Assembly: GCA_037917675.1 (NCBI GenBank)
Contig: JAVCBW010000050.1
Location: forward strand, 1 to 21,045
Length of the DNA: 21,045 bases
Reading direction: 5' to 3'
Source: Thermoproteota archaeon
GTDB lineage: Archaea > Korarchaeota > Korarchaeia > B14-G2
The stretch's first letter is position 1, and each line of letters begins with the position of its first letter. The notes below the pieces were generated by a model. The model did no database searches and had not been told where the DNA came from. It saw nothing but the letters and a program-made list of their open reading frames with translations. Below, piece after piece: positions 6,410 through 16,240 of this stretch. Made by a program: the position numbers and the translations under genes.

Positions 6410-7537
6410 GTGTCCGCACCGCGTAAGATACGCTTAAAGAAGCCAGTAAGAGAGCCTCCTCGCCCTAAACCAAGACAGCTACCAAAAACACCAGAAGACG
6501 AGGAGCTGCTCAAGATACTAGAGCTATCTCGGCTTAAAATAGCAGCTATAGGTATAGGAGGAGCTGGATGCAACACGATAACACGCCTGGAGATAGAGGA
6601 TTCTAGAGACATAGATACTATAGCAATGAATACTGATGCTCAGCACCTCCTCATCACGAGATCAAAGAGGAAGCTCCTACTTGGAAGAGAGCTATGTGGA
6701 GGCTTGGGGTGTGGTGGCGACCCTCTTATAGGAGAGGAGGCAGCCAAAGAGAGCCTTGATGAGATAGAGAAGATAGTAGAGGGGCTAGATCTCATATTTG
6801 TGACGTGTGGCTTAGGAGGAGGAACGGGAACAGGAGGTGCTCCCATAGTAGCTAAGGCAGCTAAGTCAGCTGGCGCTCTAGTAATAGCGATTGTGACACT
6901 TCCCTTCAACATGGAAGGACGCAAGAGGATGGAAAATGCATTAACAGGTCTGAAGAAGCTAGAAAAGGCATGTGATACCATAATAATAGTCCCAAATGAG
7001 AGGCTCCTCCAGATATCTCCGACACTAACACTGAGCGAGGCATTTCGAGTAGCAGATGAGATCCTAGTGAGAGGTGTCAGAGGCATAGCAGATGCTCTGA
7101 CAAAGCCTGGCCTAGTGAACGTAGACTTCGCTGATCTAAGAACCATAATGGAGGATGCTGGACCCGCACTTATCGCGTTCGGAGAATCAGATGCCGAAAA
7201 CAGGGCAGAAGAGGCTGTAGTATCAGCATTAAACACACCACTCCTAGAAGTGGATATCAAGGGAGGTAGAGGTGCTCTCATAAACATCACAGCAGGCCCA
7301 TCGATAACGCTGGAGGAGGTAAACCAGGTAGTTGAATCGATAGCAGGAGAGCTAAGCCCTGATGCAGACATAATATGGGGTGCGAGGATAGATGATGACC
7401 TACAGGATTTACTGAGAGTTCTCCTCGTCGTCACCGGTGTGTCAACACCGTACATAACATCAAGGGTTGAAAGAGAGAAGGAGAGGCCTATGAGAAGAAT
7501 ACTAGATCTAGCTGAATTAGGCGTAGAAGAGCTGTGA
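6410..7537 (+). CDS. ftsZ: Cell division protein FtsZ (FtsZ1-type by synteny with secE)
   Basis: GIGGAGCN, NTDAQHL, GLGGGTGTG, T7 loop LVNVDFAD, IIWGA. Start GTG 6410 (SD GGTGG) or GTG 6401. Confidence 0.98.
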   Translation: MSAPRKIRLKKPVREPPRPKPRQLPKTPEDEELLKILELSRLKIAAIGIGGAGCNTITRLEIEDSRDIDTIAMNTDAQHLLITRSKRKLLLGRELCGGLGCGGDPLIGEEAAKESLDEIEKIVEGLDLIFVTCGLGGGTGTGGAPIVAKAAKSAGALVIAIVTLPFNMEGRKRMENALTGLKKLEKACDTIIIVPNERLLQISPTLTLSEAFRVADEILVRGVRGIADALTKPGLVNVDFADLRTIMEDAGPALIAFGESDAENRAEEAVVSALNTPLLEVDIKGGRGALINITAGPSITLEEVNQVVESIAGELSPDADIIWGARIDDDLQDLLRVLLVVTGVSTPYITSRVEREKERPMRRILDLAELGVEEL

Positions 7538-7546
7538 GGGCCTATC

Positions 7547-7717
7547 TTGAAGATCCGCGATCTACTATCAGACATAGCTCGAACACTCCAGGTAGCACGG
7601 AAGCCTACCAGAGAAGAAATATGGACATCATTTAAGATATGTCTCCTAGGACTACTCCTAGTAGGCTTCTTTGGATTTGCAATCAAATTTCTCTCCACAC
7701 TAATCCAAGCTGGGTAG
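7547..7717 (+). CDS. secE: Protein translocase subunit SecE/Sec61-gamma; not in ORF track
   Basis: Manual translation MKIRDLLSDIARTLQVARKPTREEIWTSFKICLLGLLLVGFFGFAIKFLSTLIQAG (56 aa): RKPT.EE motif plus one TM helix. Confidence 0.96.
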   Translation: MKIRDLLSDIARTLQVARKPTREEIWTSFKICLLGLLLVGFFGFAIKFLSTLIQAG

Positions 7718-7722
7718 TAGAT

Positions 7723-8187
7723 ATGATATTTGCAGTTAGAGTTCCAATAGGCCAAGAGAGGAAGGTAGCTTTAGTAATGGCTCAGACAGCTAAATCTATG
7801 AATCTACAAATATACTCCATATTATATACAAGCAAGCTTAAAGGTAGAATTTTCATAGAAGCTCCAAATGTCTTTGAAGTGAGGAAGCTGGCATCTAAAG
7901 TAATGAAGGTAAAGCGGGTCCAGAAGGGTGTAGTCGAAATGGATGAGATAATAGCCCTGATAACAAGAGTCCCTGAAATAGAGGTTAAGCCAGGTGATAT
8001 AGTCGAGATACTAGATGGAGCACTTAGAGGTGCTAAGGGAATAGTGAGATCTGTAGACAAGCAGAAGTCTATAGCTGAGCTCTCCCTTGTAGAAATAAGC
8101 CCTGCCTGGACTATAACAATAGGTCTGGACAAGATAAGAGTGCTTGAGCAAGCCAAAAAGGAAACTGAGGCTGGTGAGGTGAGCTAA
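7723..8187 (+). CDS. spt5: Transcription elongation factor Spt5/NusG
   Basis: NGN domain (IFAVRV..GQE, LKG.IFIEA) and KOW domain (PGDIVEILDG.L.G.KG.V). True start is ATG 7723, not 7639. Confidence 0.95.
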   Translation: MIFAVRVPIGQERKVALVMAQTAKSMNLQIYSILYTSKLKGRIFIEAPNVFEVRKLASKVMKVKRVQKGVVEMDEIIALITRVPEIEVKPGDIVEILDGALRGAKGIVRSVDKQKSIAELSLVEISPAWTITIGLDKIRVLEQAKKETEAGEVS

Positions 8188-8190
8188 ACC

Positions 8191-8682
8191 ATGCCTCCAT
8201 ATAAGTCTGTCAAGTTCCTGATCGAGGGAGGAAGCGCTACTCCTGGCCCACCAATAGCTCCTGCATTAGGGCCTCTCGGAATAAGGCTGGATAGGGTAGT
8301 AGCTGAAATAAATAAGAAGAGTATGGAGTTCAAGGGACTCAAGGTTCCAGTAGAGGTCATAGTAGACCTTGAAACAAAGGATTTCGAGGTGAAGGTAGGG
8401 ACTCCACCGACATCTGCACTCATCCTAAAGGAGCTAGGAGCAGAGAGGGGCTCTGGAGAAGCTAAAAAGAAGTCCATAGGGTCTATTACAATGGAACAAG
8501 TGCTAAAGATAGCTAAGATCAAGAGGCCTCAGTCACTGAGTAGGACATTCAAAGGAACAGTATTAGAAGTCCTAGGGACATGTGTGAGCATGGGTGTCTT
8601 AGTGGATGGAAAGGATCCGAAAGAGGTAATTAAGGCCGTGAAGAGCGGGGAATTCAATGGGATACTGAGAGAGGTCGAGTAG
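8191..8682 (+). CDS. rpl11: 50S ribosomal protein L11 (uL11)
   Basis: GGSATPGPPIAPALGPLG, PPTSALI, LGTCVSMG. Confidence 0.98.
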   Translation: MPPYKSVKFLIEGGSATPGPPIAPALGPLGIRLDRVVAEINKKSMEFKGLKVPVEVIVDLETKDFEVKVGTPPTSALILKELGAERGSGEAKKKSIGSITMEQVLKIAKIKRPQSLSRTFKGTVLEVLGTCVSMGVLVDGKDPKEVIKAVKSGEFNGILREVE

Positions 8683-8683
8683 A

Positions 8684-9349
8684 ATGCCTCCCCCTAGGCT
8701 CAAGGAAAGGGAAGTAAAGGAAGCCATAAAGAAAGCACTAGATTCTCCATCAAGAAACTTCTTAGAGTCTGTCGACATCATCATTGTATTCAAGGGGCTA
8801 GACCTCAAGAGAGACTTATCCGCAAGGATATCTGATGTGCTAGAGCTTCCTGCCCCAAGAAAGTCAAAGAAGCCGAAAATATGCGTCATAGGGACGGGAG
8901 GCGTCCTTGTAAAAGCCAGAGAGGCAAAAGCAGACACTATTCTCTCAAAAGAGGATCTGGATAAGATTAAAGATGATAAGAGGGCTCTGAAGAAGCTAGC
9001 TCAACAACATGACTTCTTCCTTGTCTCAACAGACATATTGCCTACTGTCGGTAGGATTCTAGGACCAATCTTAGGTCCAAGAGGGAAGACACCCATACCA
9101 GTCCGGTTCCCACAAGATGATGTAGCTGCCATCATGGAGAAGATGAGAAGGTCGATAAGGTTAAGGATGAGGGATCAGCCAGTCTTACAGGTCTCCATTG
9201 GTACAAGAGACATGTCTACTGAAGACTTATACAAGAACTTCCAGGCAGTCATGGACTACTTATCGAAAAAGTACCATAATCTCGATCAGATCATAAAGGA
9301 CATATACTTCAAGACAACCATGGGTCCCCCAGTCAAAGTGGCTATATAG
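8684..9349 (+). CDS. rpl1: 50S ribosomal protein L1 (uL1)
   Basis: RNF.ESVD, GRILGPILGPRGK.P, KTTMGP. Confidence 0.98.
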   Translation: MPPPRLKEREVKEAIKKALDSPSRNFLESVDIIIVFKGLDLKRDLSARISDVLELPAPRKSKKPKICVIGTGGVLVKAREAKADTILSKEDLDKIKDDKRALKKLAQQHDFFLVSTDILPTVGRILGPILGPRGKTPIPVRFPQDDVAAIMEKMRRSIRLRMRDQPVLQVSIGTRDMSTEDLYKNFQAVMDYLSKKYHNLDQIIKDIYFKTTMGPPVKVAI

Positions 9350-9358
9350 GGTGTCTAG

Positions 9359-10222
9359 ATGCCTCAGAGCAGCAAGCCTAGTGTGTATCCTGAGAGAAAG
9401 GTGAAAACTATACAGAAGATCATAGAGTTATGCAAGTCTCACAACTACATCTCAGCAGCGGAATGTGCTTGGATCCCAGCTAGCCTTCTTAAGAAGGTGA
9501 GACGTGAACTAAGAGGGAACCATGTCTTATTAGTATCAAAGAAGACCCTAGCTAGATTAGCTTTAAGGAAATCTGAGAGGAAGGGTGTGGAAAAGCTTAT
9601 AGAAAACTTTCCACAGACTCTATTGCTAATATTCTCAGATACCCCACCACATAGGACTGCTGAGATGCTAGATAGATTTGAGGAGGAAATGTATCCTAAA
9701 CCTAATGAAGTTGCATCAGAGGATATCGTGATAAGAAGAGGGCCGACTGCTCTACCTCCAGGGCCAGCTCTAACTACTCTAAGGTCATATGGAATAAAGG
9801 CAAAGGTAGAGAAAGGCAGGATAACAGTTTTAGAAGACGCTGTGGTGCTGAGGAAGGGAGAGCGCTTTTCACGAGGGATAATAGACTTACTGAGAAGCCT
9901 AGAGATGAAGAGCAAGAAAGTCAAGATCAAGATGAGTGGTGCAATAGATAAGGATGGTATATTCTATCCACCAGAAGTACTCTATACCCCAGCTCAGAAG
10001 ATAGCAGATGACATGAGCAGAGCCTATGAATCTGCTGCTAAACTAGCTGCATACTTGAAGCTACCAGTATACCCAGTGATACCCCTTCTAGTAGCTACAG
10101 CGAGATCTAGAGCGGTTCAACTTTCGCTAGCAACTGGATGGTATACCAGAGAGACCCTACCTATAATACTATCAATGCTTGCAGCTAAGACTAGAGCTAT
10201 AGCTGATGCCATAAGATTTTAA
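9359..10222 (+). CDS. rpl10: 50S ribosomal protein L10/P0 (uL10), lacking the acidic C-terminal tail
   Basis: R.ELRG....VSKKTL...AL, DIVI..GPT.LPPGP domain II. Located between rpl1 and rpl12. Confidence 0.93.
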   Translation: MPQSSKPSVYPERKVKTIQKIIELCKSHNYISAAECAWIPASLLKKVRRELRGNHVLLVSKKTLARLALRKSERKGVEKLIENFPQTLLLIFSDTPPHRTAEMLDRFEEEMYPKPNEVASEDIVIRRGPTALPPGPALTTLRSYGIKAKVEKGRITVLEDAVVLRKGERFSRGIIDLLRSLEMKSKKVKIKMSGAIDKDGIFYPPEVLYTPAQKIADDMSRAYESAAKLAAYLKLPVYPVIPLLVATARSRAVQLSLATGWYTRETLPIILSMLAAKTRAIADAIRF

Positions 10223-10256
10223 TTCCCGCTTTCCCTCCAACACTAGGTGTGGTAAG

Positions 10257-10577
10257 ATGTCAATGGAGTACCTGTATGCTGCTTTACTCCTTTATGAAGC
10301 AAAGAAGGATATCAATGAAGAAAACCTCAAAAAGGTCCTGGAAGCAGCTGGAATCACACCTGAGGAAGCATGGGTCAAGAGGCTAGTAAACGACCTAAGG
10401 GAGATAAACATAGAGGAGGTTCTCAAAGCTCCAATTGCAGCTCCCATAGCTGCTCCATCAGCTGCTCCAGCACCTACACCCACCGAGGAAGAGAAACCAA
10501 AGGAAGAAAGGAAGAAGGAAGAGGAGGAGAAGAAGGAAGAGGAGGCTCTAGCTGGGCTAAGCGCTCTATTCGGATAA
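10257..10577 (+). CDS. rpl12: 50S ribosomal stalk protein P1/L12
   Basis: [10 protein letters not shown], Ala/Pro hinge, acidic tail ending GLSALFG. TATA-like TTTTAA at 10217-10222. Confidence 0.98.
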   Translation: MSMEYLYAALLLYEAKKDINEENLKKVLEAAGITPEEAWVKRLVNDLREINIEEVLKAPIAAPIAAPSAAPAPTPTEEEKPKEERKKEEEEKKEEEALAGLSALFG

Positions 10578-10606
10578 ATACTCACACTTACATCTCTGGG
10601 GGCAAA

Positions 10607-13375
10607 TTGCCTAAGAGAGAACACCCTCTATCCAGTAAGGTTAAGGAAGAGCTCAATCTCAACTTTTTCAAGGAACATGGATACCAGAGAAAGAGATGTA
10701 AGACCTGCGGAGACTACTTCTGGACAATAAACCCTGACAGAGAAACCTGTGGAGAAGCTCCATGTGACCCATACACCTTTATAGGCGGCGTCAAGGGTAT
10801 ACCAAAACTTACTCTAGACGAAATACGAGAGGGATTCCTAAGATACCTAGAGAAGAAGGGGCACACAAGGGTCCCAAGAAGACCTGTCATAGCTCGCTGG
10901 AGAGAAGACCTCTTTCTGACAGATGCCTCAATAATAGCATTTCAACCATATGTGACAGCTGGCATAGTCCCTCCTCCAGCAAACCCACTATGCATCTCTC
11001 AAGTCTGTATTCGGCTCAAGGATATAGATAAGGTAGGCCTCACATTCGGCAGACACCTGACAATATTCGAGATGATGGCTCACCATGCTTTCAACTACCC
11101 AGAGAAAAGTGTGTACTGGAAAGAGGAAACTGTCAGTATACACCATGAGTTTGCCACGAAGGTCCTAAATATACCAGAAGAGGAGATAGTATACAAGGAA
11201 GGCATATGGGAAGGTGGAGGCAATGCTGGCCCAGACCTAGAGTGTATAGCTTATGGTCTTGAGATAGCAACACTAGTCTTCATGATGTATGGTGTAACTG
11301 ATGAAGGAAAATACTATAAGATACCCATAAAGATAGTTGACACAGGCTATGGACTCGAGCGGTTTGCATGGCTAGCTAGCGGAATGCCCTCAGCATTTCA
11401 TCCAATATACCGTGAGCTAGTAGACAGGTTTGCAGCCTTAACATCAATAACAATACCTCCAACACACATCCTAGAAGAGTACTCAAAAATATCAAGCCTT
11501 ATGGGAAAGATAGAGGAAGGTAGGCCTCTAAGGGAGCTGAGAGAGAAGGCTGCAAGGAAGCTAGGCATCCCAGCTACAAGACTAGATACCATGCTCTCTC
11601 CTCTAGAGGCTGTGTACACTCTACTAGATCATACCAAGTGCATTCTGTTCATGTTAGCTGACGGCTTGATCCCTTCAAATGCCAAAGAAGGATATCTAGG
11701 GAGGCTAGTCATCAGAAGAGCTCTAAGTAAGCTATGGTCTCTACCAGAGCCCCCTCCGCTGAGCGAGCTTGTAGCTCTCCAAATAGGCCTGTGGTCTAAA
11801 CCATTTCCTGAGCTAAAAGAGGAAGAAAATAGGGTTCTCGAGATAGTAGAGATAGAAGAGAAGAAGTTCAAAGACCTCCTAGAGAGAGGCTCATCTATCG
11901 TGAGGAGGCTAGTATCTTCTAAAGCTCACATCACAGTGGATCATCTTGTAGAGCTATACGACTCCCATGGAATACCTCCAGCCTTGGCATCCAAGATGGC
12001 AAAAGAGCTTGGCGTTGAAGTAGCTATCCCAGACAACTTCTATGAGCTGGTTGCAGCAAGACACTATAAGCCAAAGGCTCCTCCTATACCAGAGGAGACA
12101 AGGTATGCTAGCATAGTCCAAGAACTGAGGAAGTTCCCTCCAACACGCAGGGTCTACTATGAAAACCCCTATCTATCAGAGCTTGAAACAGAGGTTGTAG
12201 CTGTCACTCCAGTTGGAGTCTTGCTTAAAGAGACAATATTCTACCCAGAAGGAGGAGGTCAACCGTCAGATAGAGGTGTTCTTGTAGTAAACGGGTTGAA
12301 ATTGCCAGTAAAATCCGTTAAGCTTATTGGGGAATGGGTTCTACATGAAGTTGAATCTACTACTGCTCTCTCCAAGAAAGCAAGGGTGAAATGCATCCTA
12401 GACTGGGAGAGGCGAGTGTCCTTAATGAGGCAGCATACTGCCACACATGTGCTCCTAGGTGCAGCGAAAGCTATCCTAGGAAGCCACATTTGGCAAGCAG
12501 GCTCTGAGCTTGATATCGAAGAGAGTAGACTAGATATAAGCCACTATAAGCCTCTCACTGAAAGCGACTTAGAGAGCATAGAGATCCTAGCAAACAGGAT
12601 AGTTACAGAGAATAGGCGAGTAACCGCGAAATTTGAGAATAGGACCAAGGCTGAAGAGAGATATGGTTTTGAAATATACCAGGGAGGAGTTGTCCCTGGA
12701 GCAGAGCTCAGGATAGTAGAGATAGAAGGGTTCAATGCTCAAGCATGTGGAGGCACACATGTAGCTTATACAGGAGAAATAGGCTTGATTAAGGTGCTAA
12801 GGACAGAGAAGATTCAAGAGAACGTTGTGCGGCTAATATACTCTGCTGGGCTTCCTGCGGTGAGAAAGATAGCTAAAGTCTACTCAGGTGCAGCTGAGGC
12901 TGCTAGGCTAGTAAACAAGAGAATAGAGGAGGTCCCCAGTGCTATCCGTGAGCTCCTGTTGAGTGTGAGGGCTCTAAGGAGTGAGAATAGGAAGCTCAGA
13001 GTAGGGCTATGCATCATGTCGCTAGAGTCTGCTCCATCACATACTGTGAAAGGGGTTAAAGCTGTGATTGCTGAAGTAGAGGAGTCAGACACACGTATCC
13101 TGATAGACTCTGCAGATAGCTACCTGAAGACACATAGAGAAGACCCAGCTATCATAGTGTTATGCTCCAAAACAGCAGTTGGGGGCTTATTCCCCATTAT
13201 AGTGATGGTTGCAGACCAGCTTAAGAAGACGTTTCCTGCTAACGTGATCGCTGAAAAGCTATCTGAGGCTACTGGAGGCAGTGGAGGAGGCTCTGAGAAG
13301 CTAGCGCATCTAGCAGCTCCCTCTCCCCCACCAAGACAGCAAGTCATTGCTGCAATAGTCAGGGCAGCTAAATGA
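10607..13375 (+). CDS. alaS: Alanine--tRNA ligase (archaeal type)
   Basis: C..C...FW..CG..PC N-terminus, FEMMAHHAFN, VDTGYGLER, FYPEGGGQ, editing site HTATH/CGGTH. Start uncertain: TTG 10607 chosen because 10370 lies inside rpl12. Confidence 0.97.
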   Translation: MPKREHPLSSKVKEELNLNFFKEHGYQRKRCKTCGDYFWTINPDRETCGEAPCDPYTFIGGVKGIPKLTLDEIREGFLRYLEKKGHTRVPRRPVIARWREDLFLTDASIIAFQPYVTAGIVPPPANPLCISQVCIRLKDIDKVGLTFGRHLTIFEMMAHHAFNYPEKSVYWKEETVSIHHEFATKVLNIPEEEIVYKEGIWEGGGNAGPDLECIAYGLEIATLVFMMYGVTDEGKYYKIPIKIVDTGYGLERFAWLASGMPSAFHPIYRELVDRFAALTSITIPPTHILEEYSKISSLMGKIEEGRPLRELREKAARKLGIPATRLDTMLSPLEAVYTLLDHTKCILFMLADGLIPSNAKEGYLGRLVIRRALSKLWSLPEPPPLSELVALQIGLWSKPFPELKEEENRVLEIVEIEEKKFKDLLERGSSIVRRLVSSKAHITVDHLVELYDSHGIPPALASKMAKELGVEVAIPDNFYELVAARHYKPKAPPIPEETRYASIVQELRKFPPTRRVYYENPYLSELETEVVAVTPVGVLLKETIFYPEGGGQPSDRGVLVVNGLKLPVKSVKLIGEWVLHEVESTTALSKKARVKCILDWERRVSLMRQHTATHVLLGAAKAILGSHIWQAGSELDIEESRLDISHYKPLTESDLESIEILANRIVTENRRVTAKFENRTKAEERYGFEIYQGGVVPGAELRIVEIEGFNAQACGGTHVAYTGEIGLIKVLRTEKIQENVVRLIYSAGLPAVRKIAKVYSGAAEAARLVNKRIEEVPSAIRELLLSVRALRSENRKLRVGLCIMSLESAPSHTVKGVKAVIAEVEESDTRILIDSADSYLKTHREDPAIIVLCSKTAVGGLFPIIVMVADQLKKTFPANVIAEKLSEATGGSGGGSEKLAHLAAPSPPPRQQVIAAIVRAAK

Positions 13376-14088
13376 TAGTGCTTAAGCTCCCTCCACCATC
13401 TCTCATGAAGGCAGCCTCAGTATACTGTAATCTCCTAAATGCTGGTTTGTCAGTAGACCGAGCTCTAAAGCTTACAACAGACATGCTGAGCTTAAGTAAG
13501 CTCTACCAGAGAGCTCTCAGAAGAGCAGTACATCCACTAAGCTTTGTTATAGATTCTATAGGCAAAAGGCTTCTCTCCCATGAGGCAGCTGGCCTTGAGA
13601 TCGCTATAGACGGATTCAACGTCCTACACACAATAGAAGCTGCAATAAGAAGAGAGCCTCTCTACCTGAGCAGCGACCTGATGCTAAGAGACATCCTCGG
13701 TGTCCACGGGAAAATCCGTATGGGCAGAGATCTCATCACAGCCATAAGGCTGATGCTCTCATCTCTAGGCAAGTTCAAAGTGAAGGAAGTCTACTTCTTC
13801 TTTGATAAGCCAGTCAGCAAGAGCGGGGATCTGGCGAGGCACATAGAGTCTATGATGAGAAGCCTAGGAATTAGAGGAGAGGCTAAGGCGATAAGCCACG
13901 TAGATAAAGCTGTATCCGAGTTTCCTGTAGCCGCCTCAAGCGACACTATAGTAATAGCTAGTGCACATCACATCCTAGATCTGCCAATGGAGATCCTATC
14001 CCTAACACCTACACCAATCTATGCATTTCCCCTAGTACCCAAGTCTTCCTCTCAAGTATCTCCTTCTTCCTCTCCCACCAGCTTTTAA
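13372..14088 (+). CDS. DUF434-like protein (PIN/NYN-like acidic motifs)
   Basis: LLN.G......LK, QR..L.R.V, IDGFNVL, D..LRDI.GV.G, FFD.PVSKSG, VASSD. Confidence 0.75.
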   Translation: MIVLKLPPPSLMKAASVYCNLLNAGLSVDRALKLTTDMLSLSKLYQRALRRAVHPLSFVIDSIGKRLLSHEAAGLEIAIDGFNVLHTIEAAIRREPLYLSSDLMLRDILGVHGKIRMGRDLITAIRLMLSSLGKFKVKEVYFFFDKPVSKSGDLARHIESMMRSLGIRGEAKAISHVDKAVSEFPVAASSDTIVIASAHHILDLPMEILSLTPTPIYAFPLVPKSSSQVSPSSSPTSF

Positions 14089-16068
14089 AGCTAATACGAT
14101 GAGTGCTAGCAACAGCACCATTAGGACCACTAGCATACTCGCATGGAACACTCTCACAGATTCTGGGACTACTGCCATAAACTCTATGCTAACATTTCCA
14201 GCTATCTCATACTGCCTTGCTTCACCTGGCCCCATGTAGGTTCCTTCGAGCTGAACGATGCTAAATTCCCCAGCAACAAATGGTCTAAGTGTCATAGCGA
14301 CGTTTTCCTTCTGATATGGAGCCATCTCCTCAACTTCAAACTTCAAGATGTTTCCTTCTGACAGCTCAGCAGGGCCTCCCTGCAAGTATATGTCCAAGCC
14401 CTTCGGGAGCTTAAGGAGCAGCTTCACCTTCTTAGCAGGCCCATTCCCCAGGTTAACAACTTCAAACCTATACTTATACACTCTGTTAGTGACGACAACA
14501 CTCTCAGGCTTCTCCACCAAGCTCACTCTCACATCAGGCTCTACTATCGACACCATACCCGCCTCATTGCTCTCCTCAATATACCTCCCACCTCCCTCAT
14601 CTACATACTCAACTACTGCCCTCCCGATAAGTACATTCCCAGCTGTAGTCGCCTTGAGCCTATAAGTCATCTCCACCTCTTCCCCTGGATTCAGCTTTGG
14701 AACAGACATCTTAGTCTCTCCTTTAACTAACATGAAATACTGTGAAGGAAAGTCGTCTGATACCCTCACATTCAAAGCAACACCATCTCCTCTATTCTTC
14801 ACAGTTACAGTAATGCTTAACTCACCGCCTACTCCGGTCCATAAACTTGATACAACCTTAGATACGTCTATCAGAGGCTTCCCCGGCTCAACTACATCCA
14901 TGACTACAGTATAGGTCTGATTATAATACTCTCCTCCAAGATCTGAGTACTCCACGCCAATATATACAACGTATCTTGTTGCTGTCACTGTCGACGGAAT
15001 TTCAGCAATGAATTTAAGAGGCTTTATCCTCCATCCTGGCATTAAGTCTGCGTGTCCTCCTGTACTCTCATTTATCAGGTAGATTGGCTCAGATAAGTAT
15101 CCTGTGACCTCTCCTAGCTGAGGGTTAGTGAAAACCAGCTTTAAGTCTGAGGGCCTAGCCCACACTGTTATAGCTGGCTTAACAGCTACACCTTTCCCAC
15201 GGTTTTCCATATGGAAAGATATGCTGACTCTATCACCAGGCTTCACCTTGATGCTATCTGGTATCACCTTAGCAAACACATCTGGCTTCTCCACCACCTT
15301 CTCTTCTCCTACTTCAATACCAATTATATAGGTCTCTTCGCTCATCCCTGTACCTGTAACTGAGAAGAAGTCTATGTAGCTGACTATGAACATCAGGTAT
15401 GTAGCATATGGGACTTTCTGAGTAATCACCTTGATCCCATATTCAACTGTGATAGACTCCCCTACTTCAAGAGCTGTAGCTCCCAAAGGAGCTCCTGAAA
15501 GGAGAGCTACCTCTCCGCTAGCCGGGAGAACCAGCTTGTACTCAACACGGTCTAGTGGAACAGTCCCAGCATTCCTTATCTCAATCTTTATCTCTGCTTC
15601 CTCACCGCTGCTTTCAAGAACTATCCTAGATGGTGTAATGTCAGTTTCAACCTTATACTCCACTCTATATATGGAGTCATATATCAGCAAACTTACATAG
15701 TCAGATTTCTTCTCTGAGTCATAGCCACTACTAGTCAGATTCACTACAAACTCTCGCTCCCCTTTACTTGGAATATACCATGGAAATGGATTATACCCCC
15801 CTGCATTATCGACTTCCTTCAACTTCTTTCCAGAAGTCCTATTATATACTAGGAGCCTATCTGCCTTCTTAACCCCCTCAAAGTATACTGCCTCATACTC
15901 TATGTAGTATGGCCCAATATAGAACCTAGTCAATGCTATGTTCTGTATCTGATTTCTATCATACAGCTTTATCCTATAAGTATAGGTCTCCTGTCCTACA
16001 CATGTCCCTATGGTGGTAAGCTGGAGTATTAGGATCCCTAGTAGCGCTACAGCTCTTCTTCTCCACAA
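14032..16068 (-). CDS. Membrane-anchored cell-surface protein with tandem Ig-like (DUF11/BatD/CARDB-like) domains
   Basis: Signal peptide (MWRRRAVALLGILILQL..), four repeats of 'xxNxGxxxAxxV...L.PGE', C-terminal TM helix and Arg-rich tail. Confidence 0.85.
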   Translation of the reverse strand: MWRRRAVALLGILILQLTTIGTCVGQETYTYRIKLYDRNQIQNIALTRFYIGPYYIEYEAVYFEGVKKADRLLVYNRTSGKKLKEVDNAGGYNPFPWYIPSKGEREFVVNLTSSGYDSEKKSDYVSLLIYDSIYRVEYKVETDITPSRIVLESSGEEAEIKIEIRNAGTVPLDRVEYKLVLPASGEVALLSGAPLGATALEVGESITVEYGIKVITQKVPYATYLMFIVSYIDFFSVTGTGMSEETYIIGIEVGEEKVVEKPDVFAKVIPDSIKVKPGDRVSISFHMENRGKGVAVKPAITVWARPSDLKLVFTNPQLGEVTGYLSEPIYLINESTGGHADLMPGWRIKPLKFIAEIPSTVTATRYVVYIGVEYSDLGGEYYNQTYTVVMDVVEPGKPLIDVSKVVSSLWTGVGGELSITVTVKNRGDGVALNVRVSDDFPSQYFMLVKGETKMSVPKLNPGEEVEMTYRLKATTAGNVLIGRAVVEYVDEGGGRYIEESNEAGMVSIVEPDVRVSLVEKPESVVVTNRVYKYRFEVVNLGNGPAKKVKLLLKLPKGLDIYLQGGPAELSEGNILKFEVEEMAPYQKENVAMTLRPFVAGEFSIVQLEGTYMGPGEARQYEIAGNVSIEFMAVVPESVRVFHASMLVVLMVLLLALIVLALKAGGRGRRRYLRGRLGY

Positions 16069-16100
16069 GAAAGGAACCCCTCCTACTCCGTCTAAGCCTG

Positions 16101-16108
16101 ATAATAAA
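16101..16108 (-). promoter_or_regulatory. Putative TATA box of the 678-aa surface protein gene
   Basis: Minus strand TTTATTAT ~33 nt upstream of the TTG, with GGAGGGG SD in between. Confidence 0.45.
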
Positions 16109-16207
16109 CGTTAACTAACATAGTGTCGTATCAGTTTTTTGCGTGAGCCTACCAGAAAAACCTCAGAGTCTAAGGTAATCTCACCTGTTCTCTAGGTTCT
16201 CAGGCGT

Positions 16208-16218
16208 AAAGTTAATAA
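16208..16218 (+). promoter_or_regulatory. tRNA-Arg promoter
   Basis: AAAG-TTAATAA 23 nt upstream of the tRNA 5' end; same TTAATAA core as the rRNA promoter. Confidence 0.7.
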
Positions 16219-16240
16219 CCTCCCTGAACAGCCATCACTT

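Noticed and set aside
7639-7722. N-terminal extension of Spt5 in the ORF track
   Set aside because: Lies within secE in another frame; the Spt5 fold starts at ATG 7723.
6640-7755. 371-aa antisense ORF opposite ftsZ/secE
   Set aside because: Codon-aligned shadow of ftsZ with Ser-rich, motif-less translation. The same applies to the other short antisense ORFs.
10430-10545. GCTCC and GAA/GAG low-complexity repeats
   Set aside because: They encode the normal Ala/Pro hinge and acidic tail of P1.
10370-10606. N-terminal extension of AlaRS in the ORF track
   Set aside because: Out-of-frame reading of rpl12; not AlaRS-like.
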